Virus record (IMG/VR): IMGVR_UViG_3300018757_000023
Coordinates: 1-54,501 of that record
DNA length: 54,501 nt
Source: a virus
Lineage: Duplodnaviria > Caudoviricetes
Strand: one strand, 5' to 3'
Below the pieces are notes generated by a model. That model was not told where the DNA came from and made no database searches. It saw only the letters and a program-made list of their open reading frames with translations. Position numbers and translations under genes: made by a program. This document shows, in pieces, positions 9,061 through 17,912 of the stretch. Within the stretch, counting starts at the first letter, position 1; the number at the start of each line of letters is the position of its first letter.

Positions 9061-9240
9061 ATGAGTAAGAGCAAATTTGACATCCACAATCCTCATCACC
9101 AGATGTTGGTAGCCACTCTTTCGATGTTCATTGACGACTTTGGTTATTCTCCGAGAGAACTGTATGAATTGATCGAAAGCAGCAAAAAAGAATTGTGGTT
9201 TACCTTCCAAGAAATGGCAAATGAAAGGGCAGCACAGTAA
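9061..9240 (+). CDS. Hypothetical protein
   Basis: RBS GGAGGGGAG; operon context. Confidence 0.55.
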   Translation: MSKSKFDIHNPHHQMLVATLSMFIDDFGYSPRELYELIESSKKELWFTFQEMANERAAQ

Positions 9241-9566
9241 TGGATCACATTAAACTCGTCGAAGATATCCGGCGCGTATCTCAACGGTTGGACAAGCTTC
9301 CGACAGAATTGCGCAAACAAGCGAAAGCTTACGCCGAAAAGGAGCATGCTTATCGAGTCGCCCTTAGTCAAACGATGCTGAGCTTGCGGGCCGAAAATAT
9401 GCCCGCGACTCTCATCAACGATGTAGCCCGAGGGAAAGTGGCCGATTTGAAGTTTGAACGGGATTTGGCAGAGGCTCTATTCAAAGCAACGGTCGAATCG
9501 TCTAGAGCGATCCAGGCAGAAATGAGTGGGCTGCAATCGATTTACCGAAGGCAGGATGAGGTTTAG
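9240..9566 (+). CDS. Hypothetical phage protein (helical)
   Basis: TAATG coupling; operon context. Confidence 0.65.
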   Translation: MDHIKLVEDIRRVSQRLDKLPTELRKQAKAYAEKEHAYRVALSQTMLSLRAENMPATLINDVARGKVADLKFERDLAEALFKATVESSRAIQAEMSGLQSIYRRQDEV

Positions 9567-9616
9567 CTACAACGGGCAATCCCGGACTGGATACCATCGA
9601 GAAAGGAGGGTCCTGG

Positions 9617-10513
9617 GTGGCGAGGCCAAGAAAAGAGGGAATGGATTACTTTCCACATGATACGGATGCGGCTAACGATGAAAAGATCGAGGCTCTACGT
9701 TCCCTATACGGAAATGACGGGTACGCATTTTACTTCATTATGCTTGAACGGATCTATAGAACTGCTGATTTTGAGATCGATGTTTCTGACGCAGAAACTA
9801 GGGAACAAACCTTCCACATACTCGCCAGAAAAATAGCAGTAACTAGGGAACAATTCGAAAAGATGCTCTGTACTGCGCTAAAGTGGGGTTGCTTTGACAA
9901 AGTAAAGTACGAAGAAAATGGCATCATTACGAGCGAAGGGATTAAAAAAAGGGCGTCTGTAGTCGTTGAAAAACGAGAGAAAATGCGATTAAAACGCCAA
10001 TCTGACAACACTTTAGTTTCTGACGCAGAAACTAGGGAACAAACTGGGGTACAAATACCACAAAGTAAAGAAAAGAAAAGTAAAGAAAAGAAAAGTAATA
10101 ATAATTACCTCGACGATTCCCCGTACATGAAAATGATCGATTACTTCATAGAAAAAATTCAAACATGGATGCCAGATTTCAAATTCAAAGGATCAAAACA
10201 AACATGGGCAGATGACTTCAGAAAATTGGTCGAGATCGACAAAGCAACTAGACAAGACATTGCAGCTGTCATGGACTATCTGCCCAACGATACCTTTTGG
10301 AGAAAGAACGTTCTTTCAGCAAAGAAGTTTCGTGAACAATTCATGCGATTGAAGGCAGAAATGGTTTCAAAGGGGGAACGGGCACATGCAAGGACTGGAC
10401 GAGCTGTTGACTCAAATTCAAGCAAGGGCGGAGCAAGCCCGTTTGACGGCTTCAAAGTACCGACAAGAACAATCGAACGAGAATCAAACGAGGCAGACGA
10501 GTTCGTGTACTAA
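9617..10513 (+). CDS. Replication initiator / replisome organizer (Lin1244/DUF4373-like N-terminus)
   Basis: MARP.K.G.DYFP.D start; internal iterons; upstream of DnaC. Confidence 0.8.
   Translation: MARPRKEGMDYFPHDTDAANDEKIEALRSLYGNDGYAFYFIMLERIYRTADFEIDVSDAETREQTFHILARKIAVTREQFEKMLCTALKWGCFDKVKYEENGIITSEGIKKRASVVVEKREKMRLKRQSDNTLVSDAETREQTGVQIPQSKEKKSKEKKSNNNYLDDSPYMKMIDYFIEKIQTWMPDFKFKGSKQTWADDFRKLVEIDKATRQDIAAVMDYLPNDTFWRKNVLSAKKFREQFMRLKAEMVSKGERAHARTGRAVDSNSSKGGASPFDGFKVPTRTIERESNEADEFVY
9782..10098 (+). repeat. Putative replication origin iterons within the initiator gene
   Basis: 29-bp GTTTCTGACGCAGAAACTAGGGAACAAAC at 9782 and 10016, partial copy at 9841, followed by A-rich AAAGTAAAGAAAAG repeats. 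Confidence 0.75.
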
Positions 10514-11264
10514 ATGCAACGGTACTCTCGGGAAGATGCACACATGGTACGAGGATAAGACATTCACGAAAAAAGTTGATGGTGAATGGATTACCGAGAC
10601 ACGCCCAGTCAAGCAAGAATCCTGGGAATGGTGCAGCTGCTACTTACAAAAACGCACTTTGTCTGCCAGCAAGATAACAGATGATTTCAAGGAAAAAGGG
10701 TTTAAGAATTTCGTTGCCGATGGTCGCCCAGAGATCGTGAAGTTGATGCTTGAAACGGCAAAGGACTACACGAAAAAATTCGAGATTATTCGGAACGAAC
10801 GGAGAAATTCTATCGCGTTCCTCGGTAATCCGGGTGTTGGCAAAACACATTTGCTCATGGCGGCTTGCAATAACCTGATGTACCAAAACGTTCCCGTTAT
10901 CTACTTCCCGTGGGTAGAGGGATGGAACGAAATAAAAGATGATTTCGATTTGCTGAATAAACGTGTAAACATGCTCAAGGAATGCGAGTTGTTATTCATT
11001 GATGATTTGTTCAAAGGCCGACCAATGGACGAATACGGTCGCGGGGGGCCAACGGCGTTCCAGTTAGAGCAGCTTTTCGGGATTGTGAACTATCGATACT
11101 TGGAGAAAAAGCCAATCATGATCTCGTCAGAGTGGTCATTCGAAAAGATCGTAAAGGTTGACGAGGGGATCGGCTCCAGACTGGTTCAGATGTGCAAGGA
11201 CTACACAGTTGAGGTATCGGGAGACCCATTCCAATTGAATTACCGCTTGTTGGAGGAGGGGTGA
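10386..11264 (+). CDS. DnaC/IstB-like helicase loader ATPase
   Basis: GNPGVGKT Walker A, LLFIDD Walker B, NYRY, SRL. Confidence 0.9.
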   Translation: MQGLDELLTQIQARAEQARLTASKYRQEQSNENQTRQTSSCTKCNGTLGKMHTWYEDKTFTKKVDGEWITETRPVKQESWEWCSCYLQKRTLSASKITDDFKEKGFKNFVADGRPEIVKLMLETAKDYTKKFEIIRNERRNSIAFLGNPGVGKTHLLMAACNNLMYQNVPVIYFPWVEGWNEIKDDFDLLNKRVNMLKECELLFIDDLFKGRPMDEYGRGGPTAFQLEQLFGIVNYRYLEKKPIMISSEWSFEKIVKVDEGIGSRLVQMCKDYTVEVSGDPFQLNYRLLEEG

Positions 11265-11265
11265 A

Positions 11266-11463
11266 ATGCAAGCCAAATATCACGGGAAACTGTACGACAT
11301 AAAAGGTTTTGCTAGAAGTACGGTGCTGCCGGAAGAGTTTATCTTGCTTGAGGGACATGGCGAAATCTTGGTTGCACCAACACATGATCTGAGTGGGGTT
11401 ACATTGCCGCAATGTGTGAATCAGGAGGCGATTGTAAATGAAACAGCCGAAACGCCCAACTAA
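11266..11463 (+). CDS. Hypothetical protein
   Basis: RBS and operon context. Confidence 0.45.
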   Translation: MQAKYHGKLYDIKGFARSTVLPEEFILLEGHGEILVAPTHDLSGVTLPQCVNQEAIVNETAETPN

Positions 11464-11590
11464 ACGGCAGAAAGACGAAATGTCATTCTATGGTCTCGAT
11501 TATGAAAACTGGCTAGTGGAGAGAGACACACCAGATGAATTCGTGGTAGTTCACCGCTATACAGGGACAATAAAACGTTTCGGGAAGTGA
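11438..11590 (+). CDS. Small phage protein (50 aa, MKQPKRPTKRQK...; not in ORF track)
   Basis: AGGAGG RBS; resembles a common Bacillales phage early protein. Confidence 0.55.
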   Translation: MKQPKRPTKRQKDEMSFYGLDYENWLVERDTPDEFVVVHRYTGTIKRFGK

Positions 11591-11597
11591 CGGAACA

Positions 11598-11981
11598 ATG
11601 AATGAATTGCGAATCATCATCCCAGGGAATCCACCATCTATAAACCATGTTTACCGGAACGTGGCAATCAACCGAAGAATCACCACGGCAGACGGTCAGA
11701 AATGGCGTCAGAACGTTCGAGAAATTGCAGCTAGGGCAATTACCCTACAAGGCTGGGAAATGAGCGTAGAAGAGAAACTGGTGGCTGAAGTAATGATCTA
11801 TTGGCCGACACGAAGAAAGAGAGACGTGGAGAATGTCGGAAAACTCCTTTGGGACGCCTTGGAAGGCATCGTGTACGAAAACGACAGATGGCTGCTGCCG
11901 CGGTACATGGACTTTGCGGTGGACAAGCATAATCCAAGGGTGGAGATCAGGTTTTACCGGATGGAGGAGGGAGCTGCATGA
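11598..11981 (+). CDS. rusA: RusA-family Holliday junction resolvase
   Basis: PPSIN..Y, RDVEN..K.L.DAL.G..YENDR, NPRVEI. Confidence 0.9.
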   Translation: MNELRIIIPGNPPSINHVYRNVAINRRITTADGQKWRQNVREIAARAITLQGWEMSVEEKLVAEVMIYWPTRRKRDVENVGKLLWDALEGIVYENDRWLLPRYMDFAVDKHNPRVEIRFYRMEEGAA

Positions 11982-12018
11982 ACGGAAGGGATCAAAGTGC
12001 GGAAGGGGAGTGTAAAAC

Positions 12019-12231
12019 GTGAGTAAATCGAGCCGGATGGCCCCGAATAGGTACGGATCAGAGTTTAGGGCTAGGCCAAGAGAATTGCCAGCACCTCCTG
12101 TAACTGGTCATTGCATAACCAGACTGATGACGGATGAGGAAAGGGCGTGGCTGGAGTCATTGCCGCCGCCTCCAAAACGACCGACAGGACTAACCATGGC
12201 AAAACCTCGGAAAAGGAGGGGCAGCATGTGA
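12019..12231 (+). CDS. Hypothetical protein
   Basis: GGGGAG RBS, operon context. Confidence 0.5.
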   Translation: MSKSSRMAPNRYGSEFRARPRELPAPPVTGHCITRLMTDEERAWLESLPPPPKRPTGLTMAKPRKRRGSM

Positions 12232-12656
12232 AGCCTTACCTTAATGGCGATCAGCAAAATGAAGTCGTGTTGATGGGTGTAGGAATTGGTGTGATGGAGA
12301 AAATGGCGCAGCAAGATAAGTTCCAGGAAGCGCATGACGACTTGATTCAGGCAAGTTTGATCGGAAAGAGCGCATTGAAAAAGATACGTGAATGTGTAGA
12401 TGAAAAATCATTTACGACAGCCCAAAACCTCGCAAGCGAAACAAAAATTATCCTCAAACCCTTAACCAGCCCAGAAGAAGGCGAGATAAAGATCAAGATA
12501 CCGCGGTTACACGATCTTCACATGCTTGCAATCGGAAACACATGCAGGGGATGCGAACGCAAAGACTACAAAAAATGTCCGACCCGTGAGCTTCTTCTTG
12601 AGACGCATTGTCCGTTTGCACAAGACACAATAAAAGACTGCCCGTATCGGCAATGA
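12228..12656 (+). CDS. Hypothetical Cys-rich phage protein
   Basis: C-terminal C..C......C...CP......CPY; GTG start after GGAGG. Confidence 0.65.
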   Translation: MKPYLNGDQQNEVVLMGVGIGVMEKMAQQDKFQEAHDDLIQASLIGKSALKKIRECVDEKSFTTAQNLASETKIILKPLTSPEEGEIKIKIPRLHDLHMLAIGNTCRGCERKDYKKCPTRELLLETHCPFAQDTIKDCPYRQ

Positions 12657-12669
12657 GGAGGGAATAAAG

Positions 12670-12891
12670 TTGATACCAGAACCATTGAGTCGAGCTAAGC
12701 AGCTAGCATGGCAACGCGAATGCATCATGGAAGACTACCAGGACCAGATGGGTAACGTTGACCATGATTACCAAACACCTGCAGCACCGCGCCGTATTGT
12801 CGGACAGGTAGGTCAGGAAACACTACGACAATCTGTCCACCCTGTAGCCAAACAGGCTGTTCAAGAGAAAACAGGACGTCTATACGCATAA
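12670..12891 (+). CDS. Hypothetical protein
   Basis: GAGGAGG RBS. Confidence 0.5.
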   Translation: MIPEPLSRAKQLAWQRECIMEDYQDQMGNVDHDYQTPAAPRRIVGQVGQETLRQSVHPVAKQAVQEKTGRLYA

Positions 12892-13028
12892 TCTGATCAA
12901 TCACTATACGGGCCTCAGTCCAATCAATGACGTGATAAAACGATTTTGTCATATATAGTCACTCTCCTTTGCCGCAATCGTAGCGCAACAAATTGGGACA
13001 AAAAAAGCAATTACGGGAGGGGATCGGA

Positions 13029-13571
13029 ATGAATTTCGTGGAGCCCATCAGGGATAAGGAAAAAATCGAGGAACTGAAAGCACTGTTGAAAAAACAGTCT
13101 GCCCGAAACGGTTTTTTACTGAACTTTGGTATCAACACGGGACTTCGGATCTCTGACATCTTGCCGCTGAAGGTCGCGGACGTGCGCGGTAAATCACATA
13201 TCCTGATCACAGAGAAAAAGACCGGCAAACGGAAACGCTTCAAAATTAACCAGGCTCTACGCGATGCAATCAAGAGCTACACCCAGGGAATGGACAACGA
13301 TGACTACCTGTTCGCTTCATCAAAGCGTCCGCAGCCAATCACCCGGGTCCGGGCTTACCAGATTCTGAATGGAGCTGCGCGAAAGATCGGGCTCAGTGAG
13401 ATCGGGACGCATTCGTTGCGGAAAAGCTTCGGCTATCACTTCTACCAGCGCACGCGGGATATCGCAACATTGCAGATGATTTTTAACCACTCGCACCCGT
13501 CGATCACGCTGCGATACATCGGGATTACACAGGATCTGATTGACGAGGCGGTAGATCAGTTCAGTTTATAG
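13029..13571 (+). CDS. Short (180 aa) tyrosine recombinase, essentially catalytic domain only
   Basis: Complete catalytic set R (GLRISD), K (EKKTGK), HxxR (HSLRK), H (FNHS), Y (LRYIG); GGGAGG RBS. Confidence 0.92.
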   Translation: MNFVEPIRDKEKIEELKALLKKQSARNGFLLNFGINTGLRISDILPLKVADVRGKSHILITEKKTGKRKRFKINQALRDAIKSYTQGMDNDDYLFASSKRPQPITRVRAYQILNGAARKIGLSEIGTHSLRKSFGYHFYQRTRDIATLQMIFNHSHPSITLRYIGITQDLIDEAVDQFSL

Positions 13572-13584
13572 AGGTGAGCACAGA

Positions 13585-13812
13585 ATGGCTGAACTAAGCG
13601 AGGAAGCAAAGCGGATTTGTAAAGAAAATTATACCAAGAACTGTCACAGATGCCCGATCAGACCACAATGCACATCACCTGTTGGTCCAGGTTACGAAGC
13701 GCAATACAGGTGGTTGAACGTGGTGAATGAGGCAGCAGATAAAGTGGGCACGGGGACACAAGGTGTAAGTTTGAAAGGAGGAATTGAAGATGTTCGAACA
13801 GTCCGCATATAA
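13585..13812 (+). CDS. Hypothetical Cys-containing protein
   Basis: GAGGTG RBS; C..CP....C. Confidence 0.55.
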   Translation: MAELSEEAKRICKENYTKNCHRCPIRPQCTSPVGPGYEAQYRWLNVVNEAADKVGTGTQGVSLKGGIEDVRTVRI

Positions 13813-13987
13813 ACAGGTGCAACACATGCGTATAGAACTTGAAGACTTACATCAACGACTTGCTGATAGTCAGAGTATACCGCTTACGTTATCACTGTTG
13901 TCCGATCTTTATAAATATGGGTTACCTGCGATCATCAAGGTGCTGACCAAGGCGGAAGAAGAGTTGGCTAAACAGCAGCAAGGCTAA
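13790..13987 (+). CDS. Hypothetical protein
   Basis: AAGGAGG RBS; its TAA forms the start of the first cassette site. Confidence 0.6.
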   Translation: MFEQSAYKQVQHMRIELEDLHQRLADSQSIPLTLSLLSDLYKYGLPAIIKVLTKAEEELAKQQQG

Positions 13988-14024
13988 CACAAGCTCAATT
14001 ATGTAAAGCAGGGAGGTAAAGCGT

Positions 14025-14534
14025 ATGCGAATGTTGTCTCTCTGTTCAGGAATCGACGGGATAGGATTGGCAGCAAAGTGGGCCGGGATCGAGACGGTAG
14101 CTTTCTGCGAGATCGAGCCTTATCCAGTGAAGGTCCTGAACAAACGATTCCCAGGAATACCGGTCTTCGATGATCTTCGGAAATTGAACAAGCAAATGCT
14201 TATAGATGTAGGGGTGATAACGAGTGATGGCAGCCGAACAATTGACCTTATTTGCGCCGGATACCCTTGCCAGCCTTTCTCCAACGCCGGGAAGCGACTT
14301 GGCGAGGACGATGACCGCCACCTCTGGCCGGAAGTGTTTAGACTTGTGTGTGAGCTCAGGCCCACTTGGTTCCTTGGAGAAAATGTTGCTGGACACGTCA
14401 CACTGGGCCTCGACAACGTACTTGCTGACTTGGAAGGTGCTGGCTACGCAACAAGGCCGTTTTTATTACCGGCTGCAGCCGTTGGTGCCCCACATCGAAG
14501 AGACCGGATCTTCACTTTGGCCCACACCTTCTAG
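14025..14534 (+). CDS. C5-cytosine DNA methyltransferase, N-terminal catalytic part (motifs I-VIII)
   Basis: SLCSGIDG (I), GYPCQPFS (IV), ENV (VI), PHRRDR (VIII). Confidence 0.88.
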   Translation: MRMLSLCSGIDGIGLAAKWAGIETVAFCEIEPYPVKVLNKRFPGIPVFDDLRKLNKQMLIDVGVITSDGSRTIDLICAGYPCQPFSNAGKRLGEDDDRHLWPEVFRLVCELRPTWFLGENVAGHVTLGLDNVLADLEGAGYATRPFLLPAAAVGAPHRRDRIFTLAHTF

Positions 14535-15363
14535 CCAGGAACCAGGGGTTAAAGTGGAACGCTTAGTTGATAAAGACGGAAACATACCAACCCATTCAAA
14601 TCAGAGATTATATGACAAGGACACGGGGAGATTAGCGCAAACTGGATTACAACAAGCGGTTGCAATATCAGGTATGTGGCCTACTCCACAAGCTAGAGAC
14701 TACAGAAGCGCAGACAATCCAGATTCACCACGAGTAGCACGAAAAGCTGAGCAAGGATGGAGCCCGAACCTGAATGATGCCGTTAAACTCTGGCCTACTC
14801 CACGAGCTAACGATGCGGAAAAGCGTGGCGAAATAAACGCAAATGATCCAAGGAATGGATTACCTGCCGCCGTAAAGCTTTGGCCGACGCCTAAAGCCAC
14901 TCTAAGAGGAGATTGTCCTTCTGAAAGAGAGCGTCGTACTCCAGACCTGCATGCAGCGGTAAAGATGTGGCCAACACCAAATGCCTCTGACCATAGGGAT
15001 AGAGGAAACCTATCAAATCCGTGTATTCAACGCCGTATAGAAATCGGTAAGCAAGTGGAATTGTCTATGTGCGTGTCGGATAAGAGCGGACAACTCAATC
15101 CCGATTGGGCAGAGAGCCTGATGGGGTTCCCGATCGGATGGACAGACCTCGATTGCGAAGAACCAGGAGTCCATTGGATCGATTATCCACGTTGGCCAGC
15201 CGGTCAAGGTCAGGAACAATACGAATGGGAGCCGCCCCGAGTGGCTGTTGGAGTAAAGAATAGGGTTGCCCGGCTGAAAGCATGTGGTAACGCAGTTGTA
15301 CCGGCGCAAGTGTTCCCGATCTTGTCAGCCATTAAAGCGGTACATGATTCAGAAGCAATTTAA
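14224..15363 (+). CDS. C5 methyltransferase second polypeptide: repeated WPTP target-recognition units plus motifs IX-X
   Basis: Five (L/M)WPTP repeats, LNPDWAESLMGFP (IX), RLKACGNAVV (X); overlaps the first ORF in the +1 frame. Confidence 0.8.
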   Translation: MMAAEQLTLFAPDTLASLSPTPGSDLARTMTATSGRKCLDLCVSSGPLGSLEKMLLDTSHWASTTYLLTWKVLATQQGRFYYRLQPLVPHIEETGSSLWPTPSSQEPGVKVERLVDKDGNIPTHSNQRLYDKDTGRLAQTGLQQAVAISGMWPTPQARDYRSADNPDSPRVARKAEQGWSPNLNDAVKLWPTPRANDAEKRGEINANDPRNGLPAAVKLWPTPKATLRGDCPSERERRTPDLHAAVKMWPTPNASDHRDRGNLSNPCIQRRIEIGKQVELSMCVSDKSGQLNPDWAESLMGFPIGWTDLDCEEPGVHWIDYPRWPAGQGQEQYEWEPPRVAVGVKNRVARLKACGNAVVPAQVFPILSAIKAVHDSEAI

Positions 15364-15387
15364 CAAACTGCTCAGTTTGAAAAGGAA

Positions 15388-15645
15388 GTGATCATGTTGG
15401 CCAGAGGCGACTACGGAAAGAACCGAAAAGAATGGATCGCATCGACAATTGTTGGCGGGCATACTTACGCTGTTCGAGTCAGTTGTGTATCGGCCCGATC
15501 AGCAATGGTTCAAGGATCGGGAGAATTAGAAAAGATTTTAAAGGAACATAAGATTAAAGCTCCAGATGATTGGAGCGTTCGCATTGTAGGTGAAGGCACA
15601 GAAGCCTATAAGGAATTTGATATTTGGATGTCAGGCGGATATTAA
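15388..15645 (+). CDS. Hypothetical protein (single-gene cassette)
   Basis: Fills the interval between two cassette sites. Confidence 0.6.
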   Translation: MIMLARGDYGKNRKEWIASTIVGGHTYAVRVSCVSARSAMVQGSGELEKILKEHKIKAPDDWSVRIVGEGTEAYKEFDIWMSGGY

Positions 15646-15678
15646 CAAAATGTGTAATAAGTAAAGCTGAACGAATTA

Positions 15679-16035
15679 TCATTTTTTGTCTGGCCACTCA
15701 TCACCTTCTGTGCGACATATCCAGTCGTAATGTAACTCTGTATCAAATGGTTCTACAGGCAACTCAGAGCCTTGAACAACAATTCGCAGATCATCTAGGG
15801 TAATCCGCTCATTGAGATATACGAGAGTGTCGTGAATCCCTCCGTCACGAGCTTGTTGTAGCATCTGGGACAGCACCATTTTTTGTTCGGATGTTAAAAC
15901 ATCAAGAAACTGATTTATTTGCTCATCCTGAGGAAGCTTTGGCCATCCATCTTTTTGTACCCAAGTTGACTGTACACATGGTCGTAGCTTCACTAAATCA
16001 TCGATAAACATTTTGTATTGATCTAAGTTAGTCAA
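15679..16035 (-). CDS. Hypothetical protein resembling DUF6547 / immunity-type proteins (inverted cassette)
   Basis: GGGGAG RBS; YK.FID.LV, ARDGGIHD.L.YL and HYDW..R..GD.WP pattern recalled from DUF6547. Confidence 0.6.
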   Translation of the reverse strand: MTNLDQYKMFIDDLVKLRPCVQSTWVQKDGWPKLPQDEQINQFLDVLTSEQKMVLSQMLQQARDGGIHDTLVYLNERITLDDLRIVVQGSELPVEPFDTELHYDWICRTEGDEWPDKK

Positions 16036-16129
16036 ATCGATCTCCCCATTTAACCGTAGTAATATGGGTCATTTTAGCAGAACAGTGGGCGCAGAACAAT
16101 TTAACTTAATAGTTAGGGAGGAAAGAACT

Positions 16130-16399
16130 GTGAGAATACTAACCGACAAACAATACAGTGTCCTGATGGCACTGACAGATGAATGGCAAACACCGACGCA
16201 GATTGCTGGCAAGCTCGAGCAATCCAAACAAAACCCAACGTGGGCTGCATTGTACGGATCATCGTACGTCAATCAACCGCTGAAGGCTCTCGTCAAAAGA
16301 TGGTGGGTCGAGGTCAACCCGGATAAGCGCGGCCAATACAGGTTATCTGATCTGGGCAAATCAGTAATGGACGAGGTGAGAAGGGTACATGCGAACTGA
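16130..16399 (+). CDS. Winged-helix-like hypothetical protein
   Basis: GGGAGG RBS before GTG; LT..Q..VL..L...W.TP..I...L..LV....V.....G.Y.L wHTH-like pattern. Confidence 0.55.
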   Translation: MRILTDKQYSVLMALTDEWQTPTQIAGKLEQSKQNPTWAALYGSSYVNQPLKALVKRWWVEVNPDKRGQYRLSDLGKSVMDEVRRVHAN

Positions 16400-16625
16400 A
16401 GCGCTGAACGGCTTGAAAAAAGGCGACCGCGTACGACATAAAAAGAGCAGCGGAAACAACCACTGGTACCAGTCGTTAAACAACGGGACTGTTGAAGATG
16501 TGTCCTTATCCGGAAAAACGGTGTACGTGAAATGGGTAGATGGACGAGGTCAGTATCATCATTGGGCCATGTATAGGTGCGATGTACTGGAAAAGATCGA
16601 TGAGGGAGGGCAAGCCGATGCTTGA
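16389..16625 (+). CDS. Small SH3-like hypothetical protein
   Basis: LKKGDRVRH...GTV..V......V.W pattern. Confidence 0.55.
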   Translation: MRTEALNGLKKGDRVRHKKSSGNNHWYQSLNNGTVEDVSLSGKTVYVKWVDGRGQYHHWAMYRCDVLEKIDEGGQADA

Positions 16626-16911
16626 TTGCACAAAGGTAAAAACATTCACACCGCATATTCCAGCGGGTACGGGACCGACGTTCATCAAAGCAGAAGATGC
16701 AGTAGTAGAGATCTTGGCTAATTTAAACGAATCTGCGACCCGGGTGTTGAGCAATGATCAACTTGAAATGATGGAGCAATTTATAACCGATACACTACGG
16801 ATCGCTGATTGGATCGACGGGACATACACAATCTTCGAGGACTATCAGATCGAAGTCAGGACCATGCAGCAGTGGCAGCTTGACCAAATGCCAGAGTTCA
16901 ACGGCTATTAA
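16618..16911 (+). CDS. Hypothetical protein
   Basis: GGGAGG RBS; ends in a cassette site. Confidence 0.6.
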   Translation: MLDCTKVKTFTPHIPAGTGPTFIKAEDAVVEILANLNESATRVLSNDQLEMMEQFITDTLRIADWIDGTYTIFEDYQIEVRTMQQWQLDQMPEFNGY

Positions 16912-16935
16912 CACAACGGTAATTGAATAAAGCTT

Positions 16936-17304
16936 TTACTCCAGTCTGAGAATTACATTGTCATGTTGGGCGATTATTTCCAAAACCCAATCCAAGATTG
17001 TAGGACCAATACCTGATTCAGCTTTTTGTAAATCTTCTCTAACAAGTGGTCTGTTTAAAGGATGACAATATTCAAGACGTTCTTTCAGAATCTTAACTGT
17101 TTCAGAATAACTTAGGTTTTTCTTGGATTAGGCAAAGTTTTTCCAGATGATAGTGCCGTTCACATCGCGAAGTAAGTCGTTAAAACCGTCTAGGTTTCCT
17201 GGCTTCCATTGATTGTAGAATCCTGCAAACACAGTATTATTAAACTCCTTGCAGAGCTTAGCATAATTGGAAATGTTATTACCGTCGATAACAAAAGTCT
17301 CCAC
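16936..17304 (-). pseudogene. Barstar-family (ribonuclease inhibitor) gene with an internal nonsense codon (inverted cassette)
   Basis: FVIDG...W..GNLDGFNDLL...IIWKN, then TAA at 17128-17130, then the same frame continues SKKNLSYSETV...CHP...GPTILDWVLEII..H..V.L.LE* to 16936. Confidence 0.75.
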
Positions 17305-17400
17305 ATTACTCACCCTTTCTGGTGGTAGGATTATCCAAATATTAATTGATGATATTATTAAACACAACACACGATTTGATAAAAAGGGAGGGGCAAGGGC

Positions 17401-17877
17401 ATGGATAGGGAACAGCTTATCTCGGAAGCAATCGCGGGGAACAAAGCGATTTTGGCGGAACTGAACGACTTCGCAGAAAACGAGGGACATCCAAATGCAC
17501 AGGTGATGCTCGCTGTGATGAGTCAGATCAGGAAGTTGGAAAGGGAAATCGCTGAACTGGAACAGGAGCTTGAACTTGGTCCGAAAAGAAAAAGGGATAT
17601 CCATGAGTGGTTCAATTTAACCTATGCGCAGTACCTGACTGTCCCGAGGAGTGTCCTGCAATCCATGCCGGAGACATGGCAGCATAAGTTCGTCGCACTT
17701 CTGGAGGAACTCGATGAGACGGGGTGGATGTCCCTGCTGCCGAAGGATACGTGCTACAAAGTCGAGCTCCGCAAGATGGAGGAAAAACTCAGCGGAGATG
17801 GCTGGAAATGGGGCGGGAAAGTAACTGACCAGCTGGCTGACTATCAAAGGGGCAGAAGAAACGTATTTGCTGAGTAA
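17401..17877 (+). CDS. Hypothetical phage protein (single-gene cassette)
   Basis: GGGAGG RBS; WF.L.YA.YL..PRS.LQSMP..WQ pattern seen in phage accessory proteins. Confidence 0.7.
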   Translation: MDREQLISEAIAGNKAILAELNDFAENEGHPNAQVMLAVMSQIRKLEREIAELEQELELGPKRKRDIHEWFNLTYAQYLTVPRSVLQSMPETWQHKFVALLEELDETGWMSLLPKDTCYKVELRKMEEKLSGDGWKWGGKVTDQLADYQRGRRNVFAE

Positions 17878-17912
17878 CACAACAATCGTTGTGATAAAAG
17901 GGAGGCGGGAGG

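Noticed and set aside
11568-11590. CAATAAAA-CGTTTC-GGGAAG resembling the site at 19791
   Set aside because: Lies inside a coding sequence, lacks TAAC and is outside the array; probably chance
12880-13010. Possible attI-like or additional cassette sites upstream of the tyrosine recombinase (ACGCATAA-TCTGAT-CAATCACT; GTGATAAA-ACGATT-TTGTCATA)
   Set aside because: Only one arm fits or the register is ambiguous; not counted among the ten sites, though worth including in a PWM scan
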